The notes under the pieces are model-generated. The model was not told where the DNA came from. It saw only the letters and a list, made by a program, of their open reading frames with translations, and searched no databases. The translations under genes were made by a program, and so were the position numbers. Shown one piece after another: positions 31,129 to 41,815 of a stretch of DNA of 64,000 nucleotides. The first letter of the stretch is position 1, and every line of letters begins with the position of its first letter. The stretch is from an uncultured bacterium (GTDB lineage Bacteria > Fidelibacterota > UBA2242 > JAFGTP01): NCBI GenBank assembly GCA_964640055.1, contig CAZXFH010000014.1:1853-65852 (forward strand). The letters are read 5' to 3'.

Positions 31129-31819
31129 AATCGAGTAGGAGGAGGGCTCACGCCCTCCGACCGCTCACACCACCGTATGTCCCGCAAAGGCGGGATACGG
31201 CGGTTCATACACTACCTTGAAATTCAAGTAACTTATCCAGCAATGATACCAGCGCGACCCTTGCTTCGGTCAATCACTCTCCTTCCGAACAGAAATGACC
31301 TCGCCTGGCCGGCAGCTTTGATACACTCTGGATGACCCTTGGAGATTCCGTCTCCTCCGCTCATCACAGGGGGTGAAGCCTCTCAACTCCACTAACTGTA
31401 TCTCCACTCTCATCGAAATTCAAGACTCCTGTTCCATAGTGTATGGTCGCGCCTGCATCCCGGCACCCCGGAACTACTATACCCGCGGCTGACTTCTGAA
31501 AGTTCACCTGGCAAACTCTCAGACCTCCCCGGGTAATGCGCAACCGCCTGCACACGTATACCGGCTGCATTTACTTCCCTATCTTCCGGCAAGTACTGGA
31601 CTTTGAGTCGATTAGCCCTCTCATCCGAGATGACGGCCTCCTATGTCCCGACAAGTCGGGATTTCAGGCCCGTGCTTTGCCTGCCGCTTCCTTCAGATTC
31701 CACCTCACGATGGACACCCTTGCCGTTCAGCTAACCGTTCCCCTTGCCGGGCCGGTAGAGGACTTCCGATTACATTGTCGATAAGTCACCTCCAATTGAT
31801 TGCGCCCTGCCGGGCGCAC
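31129..31819 (-). mobile_element. Group II intron, bacterial class C (IIC), ORF-less ribozyme copy of about 690 nt inserted immediately after the terminator of the upstream gene
   Basis: The minus strand reads ...UUUUUUUUA|GUGCGCCCGGCAGGGCGCAAUC... (group II 5' consensus GUGYG). Its 3' region contains a domain-V hairpin with CGC triad and AC bulge (CCGCCGUAUCCCGCCUUUGCGGGACAUACGGUGG) followed by a GGAGGGCGUGAGCCCUCC domain-VI-like hairpin. About 237 nt at the 5' end and about 80 nt at the 3' end are near-identical to the second copy at 51624-52103. Confidence 0.7.
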
Positions 31820-31820
31820 T

Positions 31821-31850
31821 AAAAAAAAGAGGCTGTCAGTTGACAGCCTC
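31821..31850 (-). terminator. Rho-independent terminator of the 1465-aa gene
   Basis: GAGGCUGUCA-ACUG-ACAGCCUC hairpin followed by U8 on the minus strand. The intron 5' end abuts the U-tract. Confidence 0.8.
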
Positions 31851-31874
31851 TTTTTTATTCTGGTTAACCGGTTT

Positions 31875-34800
31875 CTATTTCATAAAAGTCATTTTCTTGA
31901 TCTTGGAATTACCTTTATCGGTGGTCAGATGGTAAATATAGAGTCCCGAACTAACCAGACGTCCATTGCGGTCGCGACCATTCCAGGTAATCGACTTATA
32001 ACCGGCATTTTGCTTGTTACTGATTAAGGTCCGGATTTCTCTACCCATAATGTCATAAATAACCAGTTTCACAAAAGCGGCTTCGGGTAAGTCATATTTT
32101 ATGGTAGTAGTTGGATTGAACGGATTCGGGTAGTTCTGATGCAGAGCAAAGGACTTCGGAATAGCCGGTCCATCATCAATGCCAACCTCAGGCATATTCA
32201 CCGTAACATTGACGGTATCCGAACTGCTGAAGGCATCCCAAGGATCATAGGCCAAAACATAGAATTTGTAGTTGCCGTTATCTTCATAACCGGGGGCATC
32301 GAGCAGTTGGCTGGTATCAGAGGTGGTAAAGTGGTCCACTAATGTATCCACGGCGGCATCCAGCAGAAAGAATTCATAGGAAACGGCATCGCCATCAGGA
32401 TCAACGGCCTGGGTCCATTTTACCTCAATTAGAGAATCCTGGACCACATCGGCTTCCGTAATCTCATAGCCATCTGTTGGTTGCACCATCGTGAATGCTG
32501 ACGGTGGTGAATTACTATTGGGTCTCTCGGTGAATTCATCAATATACAGAACCACATCCACATCTTCCGCACAGCGCATATGAATGCCTTCAATCAGAAC
32601 GGTTTCGCCTTCGACCTCACCATTACCGGTGATCCAGCCTTCGGCATCATCATTTTCGAGATCAAAACTGACCACCTGCCAATCATCCTCAGACAGTGAG
32701 ACCCGGGTCCAGGGACCTTGCTCATAACCACTATCCTTAACGGAAAGCCGCATTTCTACCTCAGTATTGGTGCCTTTCACCACGAACATAATGGTTGAAG
32801 TTGTGGAGACACTGTAGGCGAAAGGATATCCGTATAATTCACGCACATACCAACCACCTTCCGTATCAGTCTTATCAATAATGGTCATTTTACCGGATTT
32901 GGTACCCCGGTAGGCGGCTTCATCAGACACCTCAAAAGTCGAAGCATCGGCTGCTGAAGTCGAACCAGACCAGTTCGGATCAAGAAAACTACCCACATCT
33001 GATTCAAAATCAGTAATGATTTGGGCAGCATCTTCCGGATGATTTGCACTAAAGGGGATCAATACTTTACCGGCATATACAGTATCGGTTACCGAAACGG
33101 TTCCACCTGGAGTTACAATATCGCTATAGGCCAGGGCAATGTGATGATCCTCCGGCAAATCTCCGGAAAGCATCACAATATTGGAATCGAGACTATCAAT
33201 TGCCGTCGGCGTAGTGGCGGTTCCAGCACTTTCATCGAGAATGGTGAAGTGGGCAACATCTGCTTCAGCAAAGGGCAGATTGAACTGGGCATATATCTGC
33301 GGCATATTATCTACCAGTACCACATCTGCATAGGTGATCTCCGGAGGTGCTGGTATATCAAACGTAAATTCCACGGTATCACTGTAAGTCTTTCCTCCAA
33401 CCGCATCCATTGCCATTACGGTGGCATAATAGGTTCCATTCATTGTCCAAGGTTCTTCTTCTTCAAGAGCAATATAAATGGATGTGTCTTGAGTGACCAA
33501 GGCTTCCTCCGGACCCTCGGGCCAGATCAAGACTTCATAGGTAACGGTATCCATATCCGGATCAATCGCTTCGGACCAGTTGGTAAATAGTGCCAGAACT
33601 TCTTCCGCATCGATCATTACCGTATCAATATTCGGATCATCCAGCGATGTGATGACCGTACCGTCCGCCGGATTCAGGATTGTGAATGGATCCGGTGCAG
33701 AATTAAAATCCTCCATATAACGAGGCATAACCTGAGGATCATAGTATTCTCCGACCACCCCAAAAAGAGTCAAAGGCCAGGTTTTCGGTGGGGTAGCACC
33801 ATCCATATCGCCATCCTTATCTATCCGAAGGTTAAATTGGTTACTGTCTGCATCCATCAAAGTAATGGTAGCATCACTGCCTTCGGCCGGCCAGGAAAAT
33901 TCACCGGCAACCGTATCAACATCCTCGATTTTGACCAACATACCTTGATAATCGCGACTATCCAGATCAGGTACTGTGATCAAGGTCGGCTCAACAGGAT
34001 TGCCTTCACTCAGGACAATATAATTATCATCAACATAGCTGATCTGCTCAAGTCCATGGTATGCAGCCCGTTCACCAATCACCAGAATCTCATCACCTTC
34101 TTTGACAATCCCATCATTGATGAAATCCCAGTCATAAAGAGAAATGCCTGCGGTTTCATCTTGCATAAAAATAGGGGCCCCAATTGTGGTAGCGGTTACT
34201 ACACCAGTACAAGCCACAGTATCTCCGACCGGAACAGCTCTGGCAGCAGCAATATCATCCGAAGGATAGACATCCAGATACTGATCATCCCAGGATAAAC
34301 TATCAACCCATACAGTATCATTATGTGTAGCAGGGTAGGAGCCGGAAATATAAATATTTCCACTTTCAGATCCGGCGATACCAATAATTGAATATTCGGT
34401 CCATGTATCTTCAGAGATAATGGATTTTGATATTTGATCATTTCCTAATCCTTCAACGGACAATTCTACTGTACCGCCTTCCCATGCAGCTGTCTTAATA
34501 TACATTACTAATTTATAAATGGAACCATAGGTTGCATTTACAGGACGTTTTACTCCCATACTCCATCCAGCGTCTTTAATCTGGAGGGCATTAAGTTCGC
34601 TATTTACGCTGACTGATTCCCATCCGTCAGGATCCCAGTTTGCAAGATCGGAATCATCTGCGAACCCTATGTGTAAATCATTAGTTACTGGATAGGCTGT
34701 ACCCTCATCGGCCCCTGCATAGGCATAAAATAACTCAAGACGAGGATCGCCATCTATATCCATATCGACCTCGGAAATCTTCGGAACCACCAAATCTAAG

Positions 34801-36272
34801 TCTGTATCGGAGGGAGCTGCCAGATGCAGATCATTCGCTGCTACAAAGGTTACGTCTACTGAATCCGAGTTCACATCTTGACCTGTTCCCTGCCAATCGG
34901 CAAGATCCGCATAAGATGAATCCTGGTAATACACACAATTCTGATTAGAAACCAGATCATTACTATTAGATGATAAAACAGTTGAGGTAGAAACCAGACT
35001 TATCGCAGATGATTCGGTATTACCTGTATGATTGTTGATCACGATGTTGTTTTTCAAATCCATATTGACTGGACCAGTGGATGAGTTTCCGACACCATGA
35101 CATGGATCAGCAGATGCATTGTCATTGACAACAAAGGTATTGTGATACACGCTGAAGTTTTGCGCATCATTACCGGACATATGTAAAAATCCGTAAACCG
35201 GAACGGTCTCATCAGAGGCCCCGGCATCCACCATATTATTAACCACACTGAATTCAGCACCAGCAGGATGGCTGGCAGTAACAACTCCACCAATCTTAGT
35301 TACGGACCCGGTTGTTTTCTCGACGGCTGCATGAATGACATTATTATGCACTTCAGCGGAAGGTCCCCAGGAAAGATAAATACCATAATTATATTCATAG
35401 GTGGTAGCACTTGGATAGAGATAAACTGTATTATTATTAAATACACAATCTCCGAAAATATAGGTCGATATTCCGCGGGCGCCAGTATGGATCTCATTGT
35501 CAACAACAATACCCTGGGTGTACAAATTAGTCCAATCGCCCCAGACAGCAACCCCATCGCGCCATACAGGCCGTTCAGGAGTACCGATCTGGCAATTCTC
35601 AACCGTAAAGCCTTTAATACCACCGACATCATTGGTTACTGCGCCATATTTGAAATTATCCGTTACATTATCAAGATTCTTAATAATCAGGTTCTTAAGA
35701 ACAACGGTATCTGCATCGGTAGTATTGAGACCAAAAGGTACTCTGGTATCATTTGTTTCGGTGGTAACAGTAAGGTTACGACTATCGGTTCCATTATTAC
35801 TTCCGTCAAAGGTCACATAACCTTTGTCGAAACCAATCATCTGAGCGCCATTCCCCATTGAAGCACCCGGGGTCACAATCAAACACACATCCCGTCCAGT
35901 AGCAGGTTTAACAACAACATTATTGTCAACAGACAGATCTGCCATAAAAGTGAAACTCGGTTCTCTTAATGTGTCGGCATCCAATATCAGGTTAACTGTT
36001 CCTGTTACTCCGTTTACATTGATTGAATCCACGGCAATATGCAATGAATCATAACCTAAATCATGACTACCTTTAGGAATATAATAGTCACCCGCGGCAA
36101 GGGGATTGTCGCCTTTCTGCAGAACAGGTCTTGGCTTGACCAATTCTTTGGCAGCCATTCTTTCTTCCCAGTCTTCATCGGGATCAGCTTTTGGATTAGC
36201 GTTCGGATAATTCGCTAAAACCAAAGCACAAAGACTGAGTACCGCTAACATAATAATTAACACTTTTCTCAT
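31875..36272 (-). CDS. Large secreted right-handed beta-helix protein with C-terminal T9SS (Por) type-A sorting domain
   Basis: 1465 aa. It has a signal peptide, repeated parallel beta-helix-like segments (NNxV, GxxxxN repeats), and a C-terminus 'LHQNYPNPFNPTTTIKYDLPEAAFVKLVIYDIMGREIRTLI...GLYIYHL' that is the Por_Secre_tail/T9SS C-terminal domain. Confidence 0.75.
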   Translation of the reverse strand: MRKVLIIMLAVLSLCALVLANYPNANPKADPDEDWEERMAAKELVKPRPVLQKGDNPLAAGDYYIPKGSHDLGYDSLHIAVDSINVNGVTGTVNLILDADTLREPSFTFMADLSVDNNVVVKPATGRDVCLIVTPGASMGNGAQMIGFDKGYVTFDGSNNGTDSRNLTVTTETNDTRVPFGLNTTDADTVVLKNLIIKNLDNVTDNFKYGAVTNDVGGIKGFTVENCQIGTPERPVWRDGVAVWGDWTNLYTQGIVVDNEIHTGARGISTYIFGDCVFNNNTVYLYPSATTYEYNYGIYLSWGPSAEVHNNVIHAAVEKTTGSVTKIGGVVTASHPAGAEFSVVNNMVDAGASDETVPVYGFLHMSGNDAQNFSVYHNTFVVNDNASADPCHGVGNSSTGPVNMDLKNNIVINNHTGNTESSAISLVSTSTVLSSNSNDLVSNQNCVYYQDSSYADLADWQGTGQDVNSDSVDVTFVAANDLHLAAPSDTDLDLVVPKISEVDMDIDGDPRLELFYAYAGADEGTAYPVTNDLHIGFADDSDLANWDPDGWESVSVNSELNALQIKDAGWSMGVKRPVNATYGSIYKLVMYIKTAAWEGGTVELSVEGLGNDQISKSIISEDTWTEYSIIGIAGSESGNIYISGSYPATHNDTVWVDSLSWDDQYLDVYPSDDIAAARAVPVGDTVACTGVVTATTIGAPIFMQDETAGISLYDWDFINDGIVKEGDEILVIGERAAYHGLEQISYVDDNYIVLSEGNPVEPTLITVPDLDSRDYQGMLVKIEDVDTVAGEFSWPAEGSDATITLMDADSNQFNLRIDKDGDMDGATPPKTWPLTLFGVVGEYYDPQVMPRYMEDFNSAPDPFTILNPADGTVITSLDDPNIDTVMIDAEEVLALFTNWSEAIDPDMDTVTYEVLIWPEGPEEALVTQDTSIYIALEEEEPWTMNGTYYATVMAMDAVGGKTYSDTVEFTFDIPAPPEITYADVVLVDNMPQIYAQFNLPFAEADVAHFTILDESAGTATTPTAIDSLDSNIVMLSGDLPEDHHIALAYSDIVTPGGTVSVTDTVYAGKVLIPFSANHPEDAAQIITDFESDVGSFLDPNWSGSTSAADASTFEVSDEAAYRGTKSGKMTIIDKTDTEGGWYVRELYGYPFAYSVSTTSTIMFVVKGTNTEVEMRLSVKDSGYEQGPWTRVSLSEDDWQVVSFDLENDDAEGWITGNGEVEGETVLIEGIHMRCAEDVDVVLYIDEFTERPNSNSPPSAFTMVQPTDGYEITEADVVQDSLIEVKWTQAVDPDGDAVSYEFFLLDAAVDTLVDHFTTSDTSQLLDAPGYEDNGNYKFYVLAYDPWDAFSSSDTVNVTVNMPEVGIDDGPAIPKSFALHQNYPNPFNPTTTIKYDLPEAAFVKLVIYDIMGREIRTLISNKQNAGYKSITWNGRDRNGRLVSSGLYIYHLTTDKGNSKIKKMTFMK

Positions 36273-36737
36273 ACTTCATTCCTCCTCATGTTTTAATTTA
36301 ATAAATGTGATAAATAAGCCGATCTATATTAGCTTTTGATTTTTTAGTTCTATTTAATGGTTTCCGATTCACTTTGTTAGAAATATTTTAATACATAAAT
36401 AGTGATATAGCAAGGAAAATATCATATTTTTTTATTTTATGATTCTCTTTATATAAAGCCAGTATAATTTCACTTAATCAGCTGCTAAATTTTGCTGGAA
36501 ATTGATGCCAACAAAATAATATTTTGATAATCCATAATTTCCATCTATATTTAATGTTAAATAGATAACTTAACTAACTAATTATTTGATTATTACACTA
36601 AAAATTAATCTTAAAATATAATGTGCCTTTGCGAAAACCTCCAAAAGCCACTCAAAAAAAGAAAAATTAATTGCATTTATTATATCATAAAGATAAGCTG
36701 ATAAGTTAAACTAACTAACCAAGAGGAGTTAGTCTTG

Positions 36738-39734
36738 ATGGCCAGATTGAGCAACTACAAATTTTTGATTCTAATATTTGGTTTGCTTTTTACCGCCCTT
36801 TACTTATTCGGTGGCTCTACAGGTAAAATTGCGGGGAAAGTCACGGATAAAACCACCGGCGAACCGCTAATCGGTGTCAATATTGTAGTCAAAGGAACCT
36901 CCATGGGAGGCGCCACAGATAAAAATGGTTATTTTGTTATTTTGAATCTGCGGCCGGGTGAATATACCCTCTCTGCCAGTTATATTGGTTATCAAACCGT
37001 TACGGTTGAGGATGTGTTGGTCAATACCGACCGCACCACACAGATTGATATTGAAATGAATCCGGCCGTACTGGATATGCAGCAAGAGGTCGTGGTGACC
37101 GCGGAACGGCCAATTGTCGAAAAGGACAAAACCTCCTCCTCTATTCACATGCAGGCGCAGGAGATCAATGAGCAGCCGGTGGAAGGGGTGCGGGATCTGC
37201 TGGAACTGACGCCAGGTGTCAACCGGAATGCCGATGGTACCATTAGTATTCGCGGTGGCGGCGGATACGATATCAATTATTCTATTAATGGTATCAGAGC
37301 CATGAATACCAACACTTCGGTCACTGCCTTTGGTGGATCGGGCATGTCAAAATCCGAAAACAGCTGGAAATATGAAATTAACCCCTTGGCCGTCTCGCAA
37401 ATGGAAGTGGTCTCAGGTGGCTTTAATGCCGAATATGGTAATGCCCAGTCCGGGGTCGTTAAAGTAGTGACCAAAGAAGGGGGTTCCCGCTTTACCGGTG
37501 GCTTTCGCTATGAATACCGCCCCCCGGGGAAATACCATTACGGCGACTATCTCTACTCCCACCAGCAACCGGAATGGGAGCGCTGGGGAAATCCGGATAA
37601 TATTGATAAATGGCTCGACAATTCTTCCTTTAGAACCGACAGCGCAGCCATCAATAATTATAATCTGTGGGTCATGAATCATACCCCCGGCGATGAAAAA
37701 ATCATCCTCTTCCGCATTGATTCCACTACCGGTGAAATTGAATCCTATCAGCGGGATAACCGGGCCAATATCATGGGCGTCTATGACTACCGCCAGTTTG
37801 CAGCGCAGCGCTATCTATTCAGCCTGGGGGGCCCGCTGGGACCGAACGGGAATCGCACCTCTTTCTTTATTTCCGGCGAGTACAAAGAGAAGCCCACCCG
37901 CCTGCCAACCGTTGCCAAAACCCAGAAATTGAGCAATTATACGATTGTATTGACCTATAATCCGGCCTCCAAGCATAAATTCAGGTTCACCAATATGTAT
38001 CGTTATTACGAAGGTGGCATGGGCTCTGGAGCCGAGGATATTCGCTGGGCCGGCCTGGGGGGCTGGAGCGGCGCCCGTAAAAAGTATACTCTGATCTATG
38101 ATGCACTCCGGGAAGAAACCATTACCTCCCAGAACCTGGATTACCGGTATGTGATCAGTTCCAAATCCTTTCTCAAGGTCGCGGTGATTCATCAGTTTGA
38201 AGAGCTCTTCTCCCTGCAGCGTCCGGTACCGGGCATCGCCAAAGATGCCCAACTGGTGGCTCAGGGCAAGCGGGAAACCCGCCTGCTGGAAAACCGGGGG
38301 GATTGGTTCCTGAAATACCGCGATTACTACACCTGGTCAAGTCTCTACAATCAGGCCTCCTTAACTGATTACTGGGAGGGTAATATTCACTATTCCAGTC
38401 AGGTCAATGACCGCCATCAAATCAAACTGGGAGTAGAGGCTTCTGTCAAGGATCAGGATTTCAATGCCTCCTCCTCTCTGACGGTTTCATCTTTTATCTG
38501 GCGCACCGGTTTTGCCACCAATTACAAGGCCAGTACCAGGTATCTGGCTGCCTATGCTCAGGATAAAATTGAGTTTGGCGGTATGATCGCTAATCTGGGC
38601 TTGCGGTTGGATGCTTACAATTTTGGTGCACAGCTGCCTGAATATGAACATCACGTCTTTTACCCGGCTGAAAATGAGGGCTTTGAAGGGGGCATTGGCA
38701 TCCCGGCCTGGGAAGACGCAAAAACCTTTGTCACCCTTTCACCCCGGGTGGGAATCTCTTTCCCCATTTCCGACAAAGCCGCTTTCCGGGTACAATACGG
38801 CCACTTCCGTTCCTTACCAATCGTAGCCCGGGCCCTGGACAATCAGACCAATCACGGCTGGGGTATTGTGGGCAATCCCAATCTGGAACCCAAACTCAGT
38901 ATCAACTATGAAGTCGGCTTGCAATACAATCTCTGGGATACCCATCAGTTGGATATCGTCACTTACTACAATGATCTGAAGAATCAGACCAATTCTATCT
39001 ATAAAGAAACCACGGCCGGATCCATCAAATACTCCGGTGACTACAAAGGAACTTACCGTACCTATACCAATAACAGTTACGGCAGTAGTCAGGGGGTGGA
39101 AATTTCCTTTGCCAACAAGCGGGTTGATCACTGGCGCTATCGCCTGGGGTATGCCCTTTCGCAGGTTAAATATGGTTATACCGGGTTATATATTGAACCG
39201 GAAGAACTGACCTTGCAATTAAAACAAAAATATACCTACTCTGCGGCTGAATTTACAGCCGGAGAGGATCGTACACACCGCTTCAACGGGTCTTTAACCT
39301 ATCTGATTTATAAAGATCAGGGACCTCAGATTTTCGGGATCAAGCCCTTATCCAATATAACCCTCAGTGCCATCTATCGTGTGACCAGTGGTACCCCCTA
39401 TTACTGGTCGCCGGACTATGTCCCTGAATCAGAGGTCAAAATTGAAAGAAACCGGCGCTATCCCCCGGAATCCAGTACTGACCTCAGGATCGAAAAAAAG
39501 TTCACTGTTTCCGGATTTGATATGACGGCCAGCGTCCGCATTAAGAACCTGTTTAACAATAAACAATTGACCCCGATATCTGATTCAGCGGAATTGGATC
39601 GTTGGATGAAAAAAAGTATCACCTATATGGATCCGGGCAACGAACCCAACCGGGACTACCGGCTCTACAATTATTTTCAGGCCTATAAGAATGTTCCCCG
39701 GGAAATTTACTTTAATATTGGCGTTAATTTCTAA
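36738..39734 (+). CDS. TonB-dependent-receptor-like outer membrane protein with N-terminal carboxypeptidase-regulatory-like (CarbopepD) domain and plug
   Basis: About 998 aa. 'GKIAGKVTDKTTGEPLIGVNIVVKGTSMGGATDKNGYFVI' is the CarbopepD_reg domain. A plug-like segment follows, then a long beta-barrel ending in an aromatic residue (IGVNF). The start is ATG at 36738, preceded by AGGAG. Confidence 0.65.
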   Translation: MARLSNYKFLILIFGLLFTALYLFGGSTGKIAGKVTDKTTGEPLIGVNIVVKGTSMGGATDKNGYFVILNLRPGEYTLSASYIGYQTVTVEDVLVNTDRTTQIDIEMNPAVLDMQQEVVVTAERPIVEKDKTSSSIHMQAQEINEQPVEGVRDLLELTPGVNRNADGTISIRGGGGYDINYSINGIRAMNTNTSVTAFGGSGMSKSENSWKYEINPLAVSQMEVVSGGFNAEYGNAQSGVVKVVTKEGGSRFTGGFRYEYRPPGKYHYGDYLYSHQQPEWERWGNPDNIDKWLDNSSFRTDSAAINNYNLWVMNHTPGDEKIILFRIDSTTGEIESYQRDNRANIMGVYDYRQFAAQRYLFSLGGPLGPNGNRTSFFISGEYKEKPTRLPTVAKTQKLSNYTIVLTYNPASKHKFRFTNMYRYYEGGMGSGAEDIRWAGLGGWSGARKKYTLIYDALREETITSQNLDYRYVISSKSFLKVAVIHQFEELFSLQRPVPGIAKDAQLVAQGKRETRLLENRGDWFLKYRDYYTWSSLYNQASLTDYWEGNIHYSSQVNDRHQIKLGVEASVKDQDFNASSSLTVSSFIWRTGFATNYKASTRYLAAYAQDKIEFGGMIANLGLRLDAYNFGAQLPEYEHHVFYPAENEGFEGGIGIPAWEDAKTFVTLSPRVGISFPISDKAAFRVQYGHFRSLPIVARALDNQTNHGWGIVGNPNLEPKLSINYEVGLQYNLWDTHQLDIVTYYNDLKNQTNSIYKETTAGSIKYSGDYKGTYRTYTNNSYGSSQGVEISFANKRVDHWRYRLGYALSQVKYGYTGLYIEPEELTLQLKQKYTYSAAEFTAGEDRTHRFNGSLTYLIYKDQGPQIFGIKPLSNITLSAIYRVTSGTPYYWSPDYVPESEVKIERNRRYPPESSTDLRIEKKFTVSGFDMTASVRIKNLFNNKQLTPISDSAELDRWMKKSITYMDPGNEPNRDYRLYNYFQAYKNVPREIYFNIGVNF

Positions 39735-39770
39735 TTCGGGTTGATTAGCTTGAATCTTTACGGAGGCACA

Positions 39771-41798
39771 ATGCATCGAAAAAAGTGGTCAGATAAAACT
39801 GTTCTCCTTTTATTCATTTTATTTCTGTTCACAGGAATAAAAGCACAAAATTATCCCCGTACCATTGAACTAACCAGGGGTCGGCTCTGGCACAGTTTTC
39901 ATTTCACCCAGGAATGTGAGCCGCTGGCCGACTGGGAGCCCATGAATTACGGTCTGGACTGGCCCGGATATAATATTAAAGAACTGAGCAGTAATATCGG
40001 CGGCACTTATAATTATATGATCACCGGCGGATTCTTTATTTCGGCCCTGCGGACCATTGACCCGGATACAGTCCAGGGCTGGATGGACTTTTGTGCCAAT
40101 GGTGACCGCAACACCAGCTGGGATAGTGGCAAACAGCCCTTTCTGGCGCTACGGCACGAAAAAAAATGGAAACATGGTGAGAATTACTACCTGGCCACCG
40201 ATCCTCAGGAAGCTGAGGAGCTGATTATCTCCGAATGGGAAAAGGATCCGCAATATCCGGATTATGATAAAGAAAACAAGAAGTTCAACATTCACGCTAC
40301 CCGCGAAGTTCGCCAATGGTCTGGTTCCCAGGCCGATCAGAACTATGTGATTGTGGAATACCGCATTAATTCGGTGCGCACGGAACTGCATGGACTGGAC
40401 AGTGCTGTGGTGCTGTTTTCCTATGCCATCTCACCGACTGACCGGGGCTGGAATTATACCAATCCCAATTACCGTCCGGGGGCCCGCAACACCCAGAGTG
40501 TCTGGGAACCTGAAAAAGGGCTGGTCACCTTCTGGGCCGGTGATTTCCGGGAAACAGCTCAGGATGAAAGCTTTGATTATTATGAGTACTATCAAAGGAA
40601 CACCGTGACCAATGAACTGGAAAAACGGTCTGAATTCATGGCACCGGGCAAAGTGGGTATTAAAATTCTGGAAGTCAGCCTGAATGGTGATCCGCTGGAT
40701 TATGAATTTGTCTGGTCAGCAGCGCCGCATAGTTCGGATTATGAAGGCCCTTTTACCGGCGTTTCGGGCTTCGATAATAAATATGAAGCCATGCGTAATC
40801 CACTCAAATTACGGGAGGCTTTTACTGATCCCGATGATCCCAGAATGGGCAATAGCCGCTTATATGCCAATTTTTCGATCGGCCCTTTTAATTTGCGCGG
40901 GCGTGGCCGGGGTGAGCTGAAAGTGGTCGTAGCCGAATTCGTCGGAGGTGCCGATCTGAAGACCGCCCGCTCACTGACCCTGGCCCAGAAAGACTCGATC
41001 AGAGCCTTGGCTGACAGTGCGGTCAGCTATTTGAACGAACGGGTGGAATTTAATTATAATCATGACTATTGTGTGCCTATGGCACCACCCGGTCCAGAGT
41101 TCAGTGTCTCGCCTGACAGCAGCCGCGAAGGCCGGGTCGGTAATATCATCACCTTTTCGGATAGTGTTGAGTATGTGAACGATCCCCATCAGGGTTTTCC
41201 GGATGTGGCCGGTTACCGGATCTATCGCTCCGCCGAATTTCCCTTTGGTCCCTGGGAATTGATCGCTGACATTCCGGTTAAAAGCAATACCCACTGGTCC
41301 GACGATGAGCAGCAATATAAATTTTTAGATAAAAAAGTCGCACTGGGCTATGGTTACTATTACAGTATCACCAGTTATGACCAGGGACATGATCAGTGGG
41401 CCGAAGATCCCGGCGTGTCGGTTCCGCCTCTGGAATCTTCGGTCTTTGCCAACCGCTCCACCACACCCTTTTATACCACCCTGAGACCGCAATCCGGACA
41501 GGATGTGCTGGACAATGTCACTGTTGTTCCCAATCCCTTTTATGTCTCCTCGGGACTGCAGAGTGCTGCGGACGCCAAATTGATCCAGTTTGTGAATGTA
41601 CCGGCAGAATGTACCATCCGGATCTTTACCCTGCGGGGTGATCTGGTTAAGACGATTCGCCATGATAATCCCAGCAGCGGGGTAGCCACCTGGAACCAGA
41701 TCAGTGATAACAATCAGTACATCAAAAGTGGCATGTATTACTACCATCTTACCTCGGAATATGGCGGGACAAAGGGAAAATTTTGTATAATCAATTGA
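39771..41798 (+). CDS. Secreted hypothetical protein with atypical C-terminal Ig-like sorting-type domain
   Basis: A signal peptide follows the Met at 39771. The C-terminal approximately 95 aa ('VVPNPFYVSS...CTIRIFTLRGDLVKTI...SGMYYYHL') resemble a T9SS C-terminal domain but lack the canonical 'QNYPNPFNP' motif. Confidence 0.5.
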   Translation: MHRKKWSDKTVLLLFILFLFTGIKAQNYPRTIELTRGRLWHSFHFTQECEPLADWEPMNYGLDWPGYNIKELSSNIGGTYNYMITGGFFISALRTIDPDTVQGWMDFCANGDRNTSWDSGKQPFLALRHEKKWKHGENYYLATDPQEAEELIISEWEKDPQYPDYDKENKKFNIHATREVRQWSGSQADQNYVIVEYRINSVRTELHGLDSAVVLFSYAISPTDRGWNYTNPNYRPGARNTQSVWEPEKGLVTFWAGDFRETAQDESFDYYEYYQRNTVTNELEKRSEFMAPGKVGIKILEVSLNGDPLDYEFVWSAAPHSSDYEGPFTGVSGFDNKYEAMRNPLKLREAFTDPDDPRMGNSRLYANFSIGPFNLRGRGRGELKVVVAEFVGGADLKTARSLTLAQKDSIRALADSAVSYLNERVEFNYNHDYCVPMAPPGPEFSVSPDSSREGRVGNIITFSDSVEYVNDPHQGFPDVAGYRIYRSAEFPFGPWELIADIPVKSNTHWSDDEQQYKFLDKKVALGYGYYYSITSYDQGHDQWAEDPGVSVPPLESSVFANRSTTPFYTTLRPQSGQDVLDNVTVVPNPFYVSSGLQSAADAKLIQFVNVPAECTIRIFTLRGDLVKTIRHDNPSSGVATWNQISDNNQYIKSGMYYYHLTSEYGGTKGKFCIIN

Positions 41799-41815
41799 TA
41801 AAAATGGAAGTCATA

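Noticed and set aside
31364-31784. ORF-track ORFs 31364-31570(-), 31410-31592(-) and 31536-31784(+) between the 1465-aa gene and the metallophosphoesterase
   Set aside because: They lie entirely within the group II intron ribozyme copy and have no protein-like features. The duplicated 82/68-aa '+'-strand ORFs (31536-31784 and 51862-52068) are identical only because the intron DNA is duplicated.
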